Shown piece after piece: positions 37,850-52,300 of a stretch of 64,000 nucleotides of DNA; the first letter of the stretch is position 1, and each line of letters starts with the position of its first letter. Position numbers and translations under genes: made by a program. The stretch is from NCBI RefSeq assembly GCF_947568905.1, contig NC_079168.1:93992001-94056000 (forward strand). Reading direction: 5' to 3'. Under the pieces are notes generated by a model. The model had not been told where the DNA came from. It worked only from the letters and a program-made list of their open reading frames with translations, and ran no database searches. This stretch comes from Ostrea edulis (Eukaryota).

Positions 37850-38075
37850 GTTTGTGATAGTCAAGGTGGGAAATTTCTGTTGCATTGAAGACCTTCGCAC
37901 ACGTTTCCTGGTTGAGATGGTGTTTCATCTTGGAGTTCTCCTGATGTTGAAGTACATCTTTCTTACTTTGAAGCTGACTTGTATTTCCATTGATAAGGTG
38001 GCGTCTAGGGCAGCACCGATACTTGGAACAGTAGACTTAGGTGTCAATATTGCCCCACCTATCTTCAGACGGACG
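37850..38075 (-). pseudogene. L2-clade LINE fragment
   Basis: LKIGGAILTPKSTVPSIGAALDATLSMEIQVSFKVRKMYFNIRR, then shifted HHLNQETCAKVFNA...LDY. Confidence 0.65.
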
Positions 38076-38199
38076 GACCATTATCTCAGTATTACTTTTC
38101 AAACGTATGACACGAACATTCCGCACGATGAAATGAAGACTGTTTTTTTTTTAAATATCACAGCCAGCTACTTCTTCAACAAATACGAAACATAGAAAT

Positions 38200-38820
38200 A
38201 TTCATATCTTCTGATCAGCCTTTCAAAAATTACTTTGTTAAACACTGCTCTGGTTCTTCGGACAAGTACTCTGACATTAATGTTAAAAAGAGTTCCTCAC
38301 TGACAATATGTACTTGGTATTTAAAGATTAAACCATTCATCAGTCTGTTGGAATTCCCATGGGCACGAATTATGCTCCTATATTAGCCGACGTGTTTTTG
38401 TATTCTTATTAGGCATAATGTATTCAAAAGCTTCTACAAAAGACGAAAACAATCTCTAATTTTCTTGGCCTTCATCGCAACATTTTGGTAGCTCGACGAC
38501 GTTTCATCTATCAAGTCTGCTCATTTTCATTCATATTTGATTCGATATAGCCATGTGAAAATTCCGAGAATCCCATATCTGCATCATGTATGGTTAATTT
38601 ATTGAACATATATGTTAACGACACAATGATAACTCAACTTTATGAGAAACGGGGTGATTTCAACTTCTCCATCGTCAACTCCCATATCTATGTAGCAATC
38701 CATGTGGTGTTCATATCTAGACTGATTCGAAATGCGAGAGCATGTTATGCCTATGATCAATTTTTAAATCGAGGCAAACTACTGACAAGTTGATGTTACA
38801 TAGGGTGTCAAAAGTCTTAG
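38200..38820 (+). pseudogene. Penelope-like RT fragment
   Basis: SVGIPMGTNYAPILADVFLYSY; TQLYEKRGDFNFSIVN; LIRNARAC. Confidence 0.8.
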
Positions 38821-40189
38821 GATATATCGAATCGTGATATGAATGAAAATGAGGATTGTTTGTAGGTAATGTTATAAAGAAGAATATTTCAAAAGATGTT
38901 TCCTACGTTGATCCCCCTATTGTGGTCCATCCTACTCATGTGGGTCACGATTCTAACACACGTGAATACACTGTATGTCAAGAAGCTTTCACGTAACTTT
39001 AAACCTTAAGCTCATGTGTGGTAAAATTGAAAGCGAGACAATGCACTGCATGTATTCGTTTTTATACTGGTGGGCCTCAACGATAAGCACTCCCCCAATG
39101 TCTGGTATAGTGTTGAGACGAGAACTACAATAATATGGGTTGGTTGCATATAGTTTAACATCCTGCTCGAGCAATTTACTGAAAATTACATGTACTACAT
39201 AGAACTAATAATAGATGATATTGTTTACTTTCGTGATGTCCAAATTTATTTGTGTGTGGCATGGCACGTGAAGGTACAACATATTGGGAATGTTAACGCA
39301 AACTGCTACAAATTCCTGTTTTAAAGTTTGAACTTCCGGATGTCAATAGAGATTTGTTTTACCAATATTCCATATAAATAGTTTATATAACGAGTTTAAT
39401 CCTAGGTCATAATTATTGCAGTCTTAGATTACCACATACGATGGATATTCGATAAATGCTATTGAAGCTGAGTTCTGGAATTTTTGTGTGGAATTGTTTC
39501 AACCAATCCATTCTAAGCTACACGGAACATTACCAAGTCAATATAATTTCCTGTGTCGTCCCCATTCTGTTATTCAACCCTCACACACAATCAGAGGAGT
39601 CATATCAGGAAAGATGAGATTTATTTTCTACCTCGTCTGTGTTCTTGGTGAGATGTAAATCTAACTTACAAAAATGAACTGACTTAAATGATTTAAGAGT
39701 CTTTTAAAAATGTATTTCTTGTTCCCTTAGCAAAGAACAAATCAAGCAATGTTTATATCATTAGATATTATGTACGCTGCTTTACGTAATAAGTTTCAAC
39801 TATTATCATTCAAATTGTAGATTATTTTACATCAATATTTTTTTGTTTTTTTTATTATTTCATTATCTCCTTATTGATTCAGACATGTTTTGTTTGATTC
39901 GAAATGCTTTTGGAGGATTATAAAACTATCAGCATTTCACATATTTGATCTAAATTAATTGTCATTCAGCACATTCCCTATGTTTTATCAAGATATTCTA
40001 TTTTTGATGACTTTCAGTATCCGTGTTTTCGTATGAATCAATGCAGGCCTCTTACAACAGTTGGCAGAATGGTTTACAGAACTGCTTGGACAATGACAAT
40101 GGCATGCCTGTAACTGCTGAAGATGTCTCGCTATTACAGAATAACTCGTGGGTGTATGCTGCTGAGTTTAGGATTAACACAGGTTGGTG

Positions 40190-40685
40190 TCCGAATCCAT
40201 TCCATATATATATACTGTATAGACAAAGCAGGTTAATATCTGAATCCAGTCCATACGTACATTGTATTAACACAGGGTAATGTGTGAATCCATTCGATGC
40301 ATGCATTGTATAGACAGAACAGGTCAATGTCTGAATCCATTCCATGCATGCATTGTATAGACAGAACAGGTCAATGTCTGAATCCATTCCATGCATGCAT
40401 TGTATAGATAGAACAGGTCAATGTCTGAATCCATTCCATGCATGCATTGTATAGACAGAACAGGTCAATGTCTGAATCCATTCCATGCATGCATTGTATA
40501 GACAAAACAGATCAATGTCTGAATCCATTCCATGCATGCATTGTATAGACAAAACAGATCAATGTCTGAATCCATTCCATGCATGCATTGTATAGACAGA
40601 ACAGCTATGTCTGAATCCATTCCATGCATACACTGTATAAACAGAACAGGTTGATATATGAATCCAGTCCATGCATACACTGCAT
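40190..40685. repeat. 47-bp minisatellite x ~10 abutting a Penelope-like 3' fragment (40690-40835)
   Basis: atgcatgcattgtatagacagaacaggtcaatgtctgaatccattcc; period 47. Confidence 0.95.
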
Positions 40686-41481
40686 ATTCAGAAGTGAATT
40701 CATGTACATGTCGACAGGGGATGCTTTCGATTCCTAGGCACCTGATCCCACCTCTGGTCAAGGTTTGCCGAACTCTCTATTTTGTATTGTTTATAGGAGT
40801 TATGAGATTAGTCACTGTTCGTTATCTTCACCTTTCATTTATTTATGTGCAGTTTTACATTCAGTAAGTCATCGCTCATGAGGTTTTCTAAATGTCATTG
40901 TTGATAATCAAAGTTGTATCGGTGTTATCAATAAACATAGGGAGTATATCTCAAGCACGAGGGGTGTGTAGTATACATGTGTGGACGTTGAGTGTATATT
41001 ATATAAGCATGCTGCTTTTTAAGATATGATACGTCCTATATTTTGTTGTGAGATACATATTGCTTGTCGTCGATATGATACATATGTCATCAGATGACCA
41101 TTTTTCAGAATTACTGTACTAGTAGAGTCCTCCCGTGAATATCAACTTTCCAACGCAAATTCTTCATTAATATAAAACCAAATTATAAATACTATAAAAC
41201 GTTAGGAAATCAAAGCTGAAAGGTACTACCTGAGGTAAGTGACATTTTTGGTTTTGTCCAATCTAAATGAATATTTTGCAGTAACGTATGCAACAAAGGG
41301 TGGTGGGTGCTGTAAGGGGAAGGTGACGCATGATTCCCTTTTTGTGCGCAGAACATAGAAACAGGTGTATTTATAATATGTCATACAAAATATATATATA
41401 AATAATCAACTGTCAGACTTCATAACTTTATTAATGGAGAGTTTTGAATCGCCAGTTCGCGAAATTTAGCAATCTATCCCT

Positions 41482-42120
41482 GCATATCTGTACACACCGC
41501 CCTCTCTATTAGAGCTCCACCCCTAGGAGTATCTGTACACACCACCCTCTCTATTAGAGCTCCACCCCTAGGGGCATTCAGTGAAACCATTTACATATCT
41601 GTACACACCGCCCTCTCTATTAGAGCTCCACCCCTAGGGGTATTCAATGAAACCATTTACATATCTGTACACACCGCCCTCTCTATTAGAGCTCCACCCC
41701 TAGGGGCATTCAATGAAACCATTTACATATCTGTACACACCGCCCTCTCTATTAGAGCTCCACCCCTAGGGGTATTCAATGAAACCATTTACATATCTGT
41801 ACACACCGCCCTCTCTATTAGAGCTCCACCCCTAGGGGTATTCAATGAAACCATTTACATATCTGTACACACCGCCCTCTCTATTAGAGCTCCACCCCTA
41901 GGGGCATTCAATGAAACCATTTACATATCTGTACACACCGCCCTCTCTATTAGAGCTCCACCCCTAGGGGTATTCAATGAAACCATTTACATATCTGTAC
42001 ACACCGCCCTCTCTATTAGAGCTCCACCCCTAGGGGCATTCAATGAAACCATTTACATATCTGTACACACCGCCCTCTCTATTAGAGCTCCGCCCCTAGG
42101 GGCATTCAATGAAACCATTT
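41482..42120. repeat. 66-bp minisatellite x ~9.5
   Basis: catatctgtacacaccgccctctctattagagctccacccctagggg(c/t)attcaatgaaaccattta. Confidence 0.97.
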
Positions 42121-42524
42121 GCAGGGATTATACAGAATGCAAAACAATATGACAAAAAATAAATTTAATTTTCAAAAGGACATGTGTCATGTTTGTTGCC
42201 AGTGAATACAACTTTAAAATTCATTTTCCGTTACAAACTTGTATAAAATGTCAGTTGTGCTCATCTTTTCCTGTAATTTTACCAGGAAATATGATGTATA
42301 AGTTATCTTCCAAAAGAGTTCAACCTCTACTTAAATAATTCAGCCAATACTTTTATCTGGGTAACGTTATTAACAAGTACAGTCATTTAATGTTTTGCTT
42401 ACTTCTCTATACTATGGTTTATGATCTTTGTGGTAACTTTATTGTGTGATATTTGTATAGTATGGTGTGATGTAACTTTAGATGATTAAAAAGAGAACAT
42501 GAGGAAATGTTAAGTTGTTGGTTG

Positions 42525-42765
42525 CATATTATTTAACACCCCCGCTCGAGAACTTTTCACTCATGTGGAAACGTCACCATTTCCGGTGAAGGGCTGCACA
42601 ATTTTGGCCTATGCTCAGCGCTTACGGTCTCTGAGCAGGGAGGGGTCTTTATAGTGTCACACCCACTATGATATGGGGGATCGGTTTTTTGATATCATCC
42701 GAATGAGGATCCCATTTAGTCGTCTCTTGCAAGCAATGTTCTATTCTAACGTTGATCCCTACGAG
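42525..42765 (-). mobile_element. Degenerate SINE
   Basis: ttttcactcatgtggaaacgtcacc...cggtgaagggctgc. Confidence 0.7.
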
Positions 42766-42859
42766 ACTGAAATCTTGGCCTAATTTCTGAAGTAACTGTT
42801 AATTAACTAAATCTTTAAATTGCCCCGTCAAAATTGTATATATGAAAGGCGACGATAGC

Positions 42860-43810
42860 AAAGATTGACAATTCTCATAATTTCTGTAAGCAATACAAAA
42901 TACAGAGTTGGGCAAACACGGACCTTAGATGAAAGGTTGGATGGAGTGCCTAGGTGAAGTAGGCACCCCTTATCGACCGGTCACACCCACCGTAAGTACT
43001 ATACCTTGATCAGGTAAACGGAGTTATCCATAGTCAAAATCAATGTACCGCGAGCGGCCTAACAATCGGTATGAAAAACGTTAGACAGCATATGGCCCTA
43101 TGCTGGGTTGTATTGGCAAATTAGATCGTTATAACGACCATGAAATTTGAGAAATGCTGACTTTAAACGAAACTGTTAAAATCCCTGAACCATCGACATA
43201 TTTGTCAGTAGCCTGTCTCGGTTTAATAACTAATCATCTGTAGAACAAACTCTTTCGTATCGAATCAGTTGACATATATACACACCATATGCAGGTGATA
43301 ATGGAATATTGCTACATAAATATGGAAAGTTGACGAAGGAGAAGCTGAAATCATCCTGTTTGACAGAACGTAGAATTGTTAGATTGCCGTTAATATCTAT
43401 TTGCAATAAAATATTTAAGTATGAAGCAGAAGTGGATGAATCTGTGTGTCTTACTTCGAGTTCACTGGGATATATCGAATCGTCATATGAATGAAAAATA
43501 TTATTATGTCGAATTGAAGGCCACAGCAAGAGATTTTATTCTTCTCACATAGACGTTTTTGAATAAATGTTGCTTCATAAGAATATAAAAACAGGCCAGC
43601 TAACAATGGAGCACTATCCACGCCAATGGTAATTCTGACATACATAAGATGAATTTGACTCGCACACGGGTGTGGCCGATCGATAGTGGATGCTTACTCC
43701 TCCTATATACCCGATTCCACCTCTGATATAATCAGGAGTCCGTGTTTACCCAACTCTCTATTTTTGTATTCCTCGTGGGATTTTTTATTACTGTTCGCTA
43801 TCTTCGCCTT
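42860..43810 (-). mobile_element. Penelope-like RT C-terminus and 3' region (minus), followed by an inverted 3' fragment (43660-43810)
   Basis: IYPSELEV..TDSSTSASYL.ILL, VNFPYLCSNIPLSPAYGVYICQLIRY. Confidence 0.8.
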
Positions 43811-45158
43811 ACATGTAAGTATAATAGATAATACTTTCATTTGACAATGCTGTGGTATGGTAAATCACGCGTTTTCTGCGATAGGTATTTATAGTATTAT
43901 TTATGTTGTAAAAGGTTAGCATGAAATGATTGTACGTATAGAAATTGCTTTGCATAAACTATTTGCGTTGATGATGTGACGATCCTTTTCTTTCTCAATA
44001 CGCAATCATGCTACATTGCAGTATGGATTATAGTAAAAGTATCATCCAATATCGACATACTAAATGCATTGCAATGTGTTAAAAACTTCATACATTTGTT
44101 TGACCTACGACCATAAAATATAACGTGCGGTTTTTGAAAAGATTAAAACCAAATCCGGTCTAACATTTTTTCTTTTGTTTTCCTGAATTGATTCTTTACG
44201 TAGATGATATAATAATATGTGCCTTTTTACAGTCTTTTATAACTAGAGCATGAGAATTTTGAATTAAATATTTTAAATGCAGTTTTAAATTTTAAAAATA
44301 TTTGACAAATGTTGTTTTCAATGAACATTACAATGGATAAACAACCACGTGAAAAATTTATAACCGGTCACTATATATTGAAATCTACTGACTCTTACTT
44401 GCAGGTGGTATTATCATAGTTCAGATGAGGAAGGTGGAAGATAACAAGATATGTAAGATTTCGTCATTTTTATCAGTTTCGCATGTCGTGGTAATTTGAC
44501 AGTGCAATGCTTCGTACGCGGCTATGTGTAAAAATTAAGTCATGATCCTGTTTCCATTCAGTTTAATTTCAACATCAAATATTTACTACCCTTATTCATA
44601 AATCATAACAACATATCTATAGATAAATGTTCCAAAACTTGCGTATTCATTCTAATAAAGTATATATCACGCCAAAACTGTCTTGCTGTATTTAAAAAAA
44701 AACAAACGACAGAAATATATCTGCAATGACCTCCATTCCGCATCTAAATAAATGATAACACACTGATAATAACACAATGAAAATACAACGCGTGTGCGTG
44801 TAATAAGCTAAATGGGTTAACGGGTGGATGAAAAACGGTGGGCCGTCTTGAGCTTGAACGACGAGAAACCGAACCTGCTAGTCATGTCGTATATATAACC
44901 CGCTGTACATGTATCGATACGCATAACTTAAGTATATAAACTATAAATAGAAAACCACGTGTTCAAAGACAATAGTGAGATTTTATTAATCTGGAATGAA
45001 TTTAAACGTTTAACATAGGAGAGTGACTGTTCCTTCGTCAAACATGAAACTTTAGAAGCGAAGTACACGAGTCTGTCGGACATTATACGATAAAGGACAC
45101 TGTTATATATTTAACACGATGCATTAATTTGTTCAAGATTTGAGTCATTTCACCTACA

Positions 45159-45248
45159 ACTGGTCATATATTTAACGGTGAAACATTCTGGTCATATATG
45201 TAACAGTGAAACATTCTGGTCATATATGTAACAATGAAACATTCTGGA
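45159..45248. repeat. 28-bp tandem repeat x3
   Basis: ctggtcatatatgtaacagtgaaacatt. Confidence 0.9.
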
Positions 45249-48200
45249 ATGGGACGTAAATATCTCCGTTTTTCGTTATTTCACAAAGAATATAGTTTGA
45301 ACGTGTTTTATTGACATCAACTATCAACAAAAGAATTAGGATAAAAGTTAAACCACCTTACTAATGCATTCTCCAGTTAGTAATTAGTACAAGTATCACG
45401 ATGACATATAAAATGTATTGAAATATAGTAACAGTTTCCTATTATGATACAATAAAGATATGTTGGAGGTGGAGGGCAAGTGAATTGGGTTGGAGACACT
45501 CGAATCCTGTATTTCGTCCGTATAAATGAAGCTCACTGTATGCGTGCAGCTATTTTTTGTAAAGATATATCTTTATATGTGAATCGTTTGGTATTTGTAA
45601 TGTATTTGAAAAGAAGCAGTTCTAGGAGATGCCCTGCTACTCCAAACGACATTAGTGTTACTAACAGACTTTTATGCCAAACTCTTATCAAACGCTTTTG
45701 AAATGTCGCAATAGACTAAACATTTGTTTTCACCATTTTCCCTGTTTGCAAATATATTGTGATATATTTCTATTAGTTGATGGATAGTTGAATGATTAAG
45801 CAAGAACCCAATTGCATATTATGTAAGAGAGAATTGTCTAAGGCAAAATTATGTTAAAAGATGATTTTTTTTCAAATGATTTCCACATGGTGCTTAAAAG
45901 TGATTTTGGCCTATAATAATATGGTATATGTGTATTTTCTTTCTTGTATATTGGTATTATAGAATACAGTATTAATTATAGTTCGTAGAAGGCCTTGCAA
46001 CATTACATGTACTGGTACATAATTTACATAGCTTTCCGTATCAGGCAAAGGCCACTTAATGTCACTTAAAAAACAACAGGATCGACGGTTGATCCACTTT
46101 ACATCACTTCAACAGCCATTTAGATCGGTGGCTGATCCACTTAATATCTCTTGAACGGCTATTAGGATCGACAGCTGATATAAGGTCATCAATAACTTGA
46201 TGCTTAGTCATGCTGTTTACATAAACCAATATTTCGTTGATAATAAATTTACGTTGTTTCTGTGTATTTTGTTTTAAAAATAAGGTATTTAGGGCTTTAT
46301 GGAAAATTTGATCGCGTATCAGCGCGTCCCAATAGAAATTTTAAAATGATATCTTATAACTAATATTTACATTTTTGATCGATAGTCAAATGTTGCCCAC
46401 TTGTGTGAACAGCAAGTTTTTGTACATTTCACATTGTTGACCTACATAACGCTTCGTTCAAAATGACGAAAACACAAAACAAAGTTCCATCAAATGAAGA
46501 ACTATTTTAATCATCAAGACACTGAAAAGCAATTATATCAACACCGACATATGCATTAACCCAGGAGCATATAATTAAAAGCTACCTTGTCTAATTTGGT
46601 AATTTTGGAAAACTGATAAAAAAGTAGGCCAACTGTGAAATGGAGTGCGCAACGTTACAGTTTTGATGCACCCTTTCACCTAACCCTAACCCTGAAAGTT
46701 GAAGACGCAGCTGTTAAGACCGACTTTGAAAGACATTCTACGGACATTACGGAGTTAACAGAAGACTTAGGTTGAGAAACATGAATAATAGGGCGGTAGT
46801 CGTCATGTGTAGACAAATAATTTATAGACGGGACAGAGGACGCAGATGAATCTCCTTAAAGAACTGACATCTCAAAGAATGTGGAAGTGCAGGAAGGTAA
46901 GGAATGGTTTTTATTTGGATTTGTAATTGTTGACAAACATGAGATCACTGAACGCTTCTGTTGACTTGATAAATTTCTATTACAGGTTTTCAACGACGCC
47001 TCGAAATCGGTGCCTCGGCATAGCATGATTTGACGTGCTTAGAAACCGTTATCACTGTTGTTGCACGCAGGCGGTGCGGTGTGTAGGTCTAAATGCACGC
47101 TGACGACTTACAAATATTGGCCATAAACCCTGTGAATTACCTCTTTGCTAAAGGCCAAATGTCTTGTCTAACAGAAGGTACAATTCCGCACCACCCACAT
47201 CAAACTTGCCAAATGTTTGCCATTGATTACATAAAGTTGACCAGAGGTCAGTGTAGTAGACAGCCATAAGGAGGACATTGTTTTACAGAAATGTTTTTAT
47301 TATTGATGAAAGTCCACTGTTTGGAATAGAAATAAAATCATAAACACATCTTGTGATGTTGATTTCATCTATTGATAGATTTTCTGTAATAAGCAGAAGT
47401 AATGGCTAGATTTGTATTGCCTTAGTAAGAGTATTACCACTAACCCAATTTTAGCAAATGTTCATACGCATAGCCGTGACCTCTATTGACCCCATTTAGG
47501 CATTTATACAGTTATAAATACGTAATGCTCGTAATAGTGTTATATAAGAGAAAACAATTGAAAATGTAAATATATGAGAAATAAATTTTATGACGGGATG
47601 ACCTGCAATGCTTCACGCCGGCGAAAAATTGCAGTTCAGCTCCTCAATGAAATTTATTTTTTTATTTACATTCTACTTTCGTTTATGTCGAATCCCAGTC
47701 GTTAAAACAGATATATTATATTTATCAAGATTCATTTAAGCATTGAATACAATGCAGCATATTCAAGACGAAATGACTATCATTACAATTTGCAAAGATG
47801 TCAAAGGCATGGAAATTCGAAATATACATATGTGACGATAAACACGCCTACCTTTTAACTTGAAATAACACCTACCTTTACAAAATGTATAGAATGAATC
47901 CTAGACAGCTTGTATTATGGAGAAAACTTGACATTTTCTGCACAATGGATGATCATGACAAGATGGGAGATGTGAGGAGCAAAGGGTTATGTTACAATGA
48001 CATGGGTAACTACTGACAACTTAAAAAGAGAAGTGGGTGCTTAGTAACACGGAAGGATTGTATTGTATATTTCATAATAACTGATAAATTTGGCATATAA
48101 TTTACAAGGCACTACATAGTACATACCCACCGTCTATAACTATAAGTTAATTTTGTGCAATTAAAATCACACCACAAAATTAACTAACAAATCAGAGATG

Positions 48201-49390
48201 GCTTATGTAACATACAATCTAAAATAGATAAATAGAAGTAGAACAAAGACGGTGGGTACTTGTATGCATGGAACACACAGACACATTTATCATGACACAT
48301 AACCTCTTTTTCGTGCGGAGCCATAATATATCTATTCTCTTGATTATATGGACCCACAATATATATGTTTAATATGCATATAACTAGTGACTGTTGGACC
48401 GAGCGAAGTATGAAATGGTTATTGACTTGTCCCAAGTGATAATAATAATTCGGTAAAGTACGGTAAATTAGAATCCACTTAGAAATAAATAATATGCATG
48501 AAATCCCCTTTGCGCTTATCATACAGTAACATTTAAAGACAAATATATGAGGATAACAACAGGATCGACCTATGCATTTATTGCGGGGAATTTAACGCCA
48601 GCCGACGTAAACAGTGCATTGTAAGGTTACAATTACCCTCCACTTTTTTCCTTCCAAATCAAAAACAAATCATCCCGTATTTTTTAATTTAAAGGACATG
48701 AAAAACTAAACAATAATAATAAGCAAATTTACTTGGGTAAAAAAAAGTGTAAACATATGTCTATTTTGATTTAAAGAAACATATGATTTCGTTCATCTAT
48801 TAAGTCGTATTACTGTTTTTCTATTTAATGATTTGCTTAAAACTATTACAATGATAATTATACCATTCATTTTCAACAAATTGAGTGTTTGAATTCCAAA
48901 TAACACATCAGAGTATTGTATTTTTGGCATTCCAAATTAAAACACGAATAACCGTTAAAGTAACGGATGACACAATAATGGCGGCACCCATATGGATAAC
49001 AAAATGTTCGGTGAACGTACGTAGATATTAGATCATTTCTTTTGCAGATTTTGTCATTTTTCATTTTACATACGTGTTACCTTTACAGCATTGTTTCGCG
49101 GACGGACCTTTGCCCGAGCTTTGCTCGGTATAACATGCACCTCTTGTTCAAGCGGGTCCACATCATATCTTTCTTACAAAACATGGATCATCTGCTTGTG
49201 TGAAACTACAATTTATTGTTTTAGAACACGTGGATTTCTTCGATTGATGAATCTATTAAATAAATCATAATATAGTTTGAAAGACCGTGGATTAATGTAG
49301 GTAAAATTTGTTGACTTGCATATCATTCTACATGCATGTTTTATATTGTTATGCAGTGATAACAAATAATTCAATCTATATGTATCTAAG

Positions 49391-52300
49391 GCAAAGAGAA
49401 TTGCAACAAGACTTGTCAAGCCTGTGATACAGATTTTGTCTTTAACGGCAAGAACAGATCGTCCCTAAGAAGTCATCAAAATACCATGGATCATGGGATA
49501 CATTACATTATGAAAGATTCTCATTTCGATGGTATGGATACATTATCTAATCTCGAAGCGTAAGATAGAACATCAGCTATAACTTTGTTTGATTTACAAA
49601 TATCTATGTTCATTATCTGATTGAATAACTCTGCGCTTTCTGATTGACCGCGACCAACAATTAGAAACGAGACAAAAACCGACGCTTTGAACTACACGTG
49701 CCTTCAATGTAAATGTAACGTTTGATTTGTCTAACATCGGACCAACATAAAATTGGGAATATCCAAATTGATAAGATTGGTAAGACATATGCTTACTCCA
49801 ACTAGGCACCTGATCCAATCTCTGATATGTCCAGGAGTCCGAGTTTGCCCAACTCTTTATTTTGTATTGCTTATAGGATTTATGAGATTGATCACTGTCC
49901 GTTATCTTTGCCTTTCAGGTTTTAATATTTTGTAGTTTAATGAAAACCAGCGTCTCTATTAATTTTAGCTAAGTCTTGCATCGTAATAATAACAATCTAG
50001 TTTGCCAATATAAGCTGTCATAGGGTAAAATGCTCTCTGACGTCTTACATCCTTGTGAGCTCGAAATAGAGGACACCATAGAGTCGTCCACTTCTGCTTC
50101 ATACTTAGATATTTTATTGAAAGTACACATTAACGGCAAACTGACAACTCATCTGTATGACAAACGGGATGATTTCATCTTTCCCATAGTCAACTTCCCA
50201 TATCTGTGTAGCAATATTCCATTATCACCTGCATATGGTGTTTATATATCTCAACTGATTTAATATGCAAGAGCTTGTTCTTCGTATGGTCAGTTTTTAA
50301 ATCGAGGTAAGCTACCGACAACCAAGTTGATGGTACAGGGGTTTCAACAGTCTCGACTGAAGTAAGCATTTCGCAAATTCTATGGTCGTTATAACGATTT
50401 AGTTCGTCAATACAACCTCGCATTGAGTCAAATGCTGTCTGACGTGTTTCATACCGATTGTTAAGCCGTTCTTGGCACAGTGATTTTGACTGCAGATAAC
50501 TTCGTTTACCTGATCAGGATATAGGGCTTACGGCGGGTGTGACCGGTCAACAGGGGATGCTTACTCCTCCTAGGCACCTGACTCCACCTCTGGTGTGTCC
50601 AGGAGTCCGTGTTTGCCCAACTATCTATTTTGTATTGCTTGTAGGAGTTATGAGATTGATCACTGTTCGTTATCTACACCTTGCATCCCGATTGTTAGAC
50701 CGTTCTTGGCACACTGATATAGACCACAGCTTTCTAGGTTTACATGATCAAGATATAGGGCACACGGCGGTTGTAACCGTCGACGGAGGATGGTTACGCC
50801 TCCTAGGTGAATTCCACTTATGGTATATTCAGGTGTCCGCGTTTGCCCAACTTTTAGTTTTGTATTCTGTATAGGAGTTATTAGATTGACTATTGTTCAT
50901 TACCTTCACATTTTCATTGTTACTAAAAAGATACGATTTCTATCGCAAAATTGAGGAACCATTGTTGAAGTACAGGAACATCGATCCCGATATAAATCTT
51001 ACTAAAGGTATCGTTTGGTATATGCAATTTCTAGTAGCCGTTTTTATTTCTAAAATTATGTAATCATAAAATAGACAAAACCTTCTAATCAGTTTTGCCT
51101 AGATCGTACAACAATTTGTATCTGTATCACGTTAAATTATATAATATTCAGCTCAGAACAAATCAAAGTAAAGCGAGCCAACCAATCATTGACGTCTTAT
51201 CCACCAATAAAGCTGACAACAGTTGATTAATTTAGTCTAGAAACATCCATACCTGTGGCGGGAATGTTTCCTTAATATAAAGTATCAGTCTTATTACAGA
51301 TTATCCAGATCCTGATGAATGTTTAGAATACGAATTTGCTGTTAGAAAACTGGTAGCTAGAAACTGCAGTGACTTTCGTCAAGTTCAATGTATTAACGGT
51401 AAGGTATATCTCCCCCTATTCTTATAAAACTTTGTTTGCAATAACCGGAATCGTGAAATTATAATTATATGTTACTAGCTTGAAAATACGGATGTATATT
51501 TAATTGCTGTTATAAAATTTAGAAATCCATTTCAAAATTAAGGATTATCTCCCTCATGCATAGCTCTTATCCTTGGACGAATTTGGCTCCACTTTTTTGG
51601 GACGCTGTTTTTGGCTATATTTAGCTTTAGAACTTCATACTTATTTCGGATTTCAAACATTTCGGTTGAGCATCACTGAAGAGACATTATTTGTCGAAAT
51701 GCGCATCTGGTGCATCAAAATTGGCACCGTATAAGTTTTACATGTATAGTTATTTTGTAAAATCAGTAACCGCTTTTTGTCTGTAAAAGGTCCCAGAGAA
51801 GCTTATGTAATGACGGCGTGTTATCAGGTCTCAGGGGAGGAATCATGCTTACCAAACATTGAGAGATTGATGACCACTGATAGCTACGGTAACAATGTGT
51901 TATATCACCTACGGAGAATTATTCTTCACTATTATGCACCATAATATTAAATTGACACTTTGCGATTAGGATGATATTGTCTAATAGCACGTCCCAAAAA
52001 CTATTTAAATATTTCAATATTTCTAAAAGCCATATTGAACCCAAAAGTTTCCCATGAAACCATTTGGTTTTGCATTATTCGTAAATATTTAATTAGAAAT
52101 TCAAGTAAAAAATGCTCAAAAATGCATTACATTAAAACCGATTTTTATTGGTACATTTCATGTATTCCTGACCATTTTATCTTATAGTTTCATCAAATGA
52201 CAGAAAATGTCACGTAAAAAAAAGCAAAATGCTACTTCATTTGATGCTTAAAATATTTTGGGTATCTTATGATCTTAAGTCTGCATCGTAAGCAGATTTT

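Noticed and set aside
41482-42120. CRISPR-like appearance of regular repeats (also 40190-40685 and 13351-13592)
   Set aside because: Head-to-tail identical units with no unique spacers, eukaryotic context and no cas genes
44400-48000. Scattered exon-like segments with good splice signals (44405, 46690-46910, 46985, 47940)
   Set aside because: Could not join them into a consistent open frame; no recognisable domain
50930-51008. Extra exon for the candidate membrane-protein gene (KRYDFYRKIEEPLLKYRNIDPDINLTK)
   Set aside because: Available acceptors give a phase incompatible with the upstream exon
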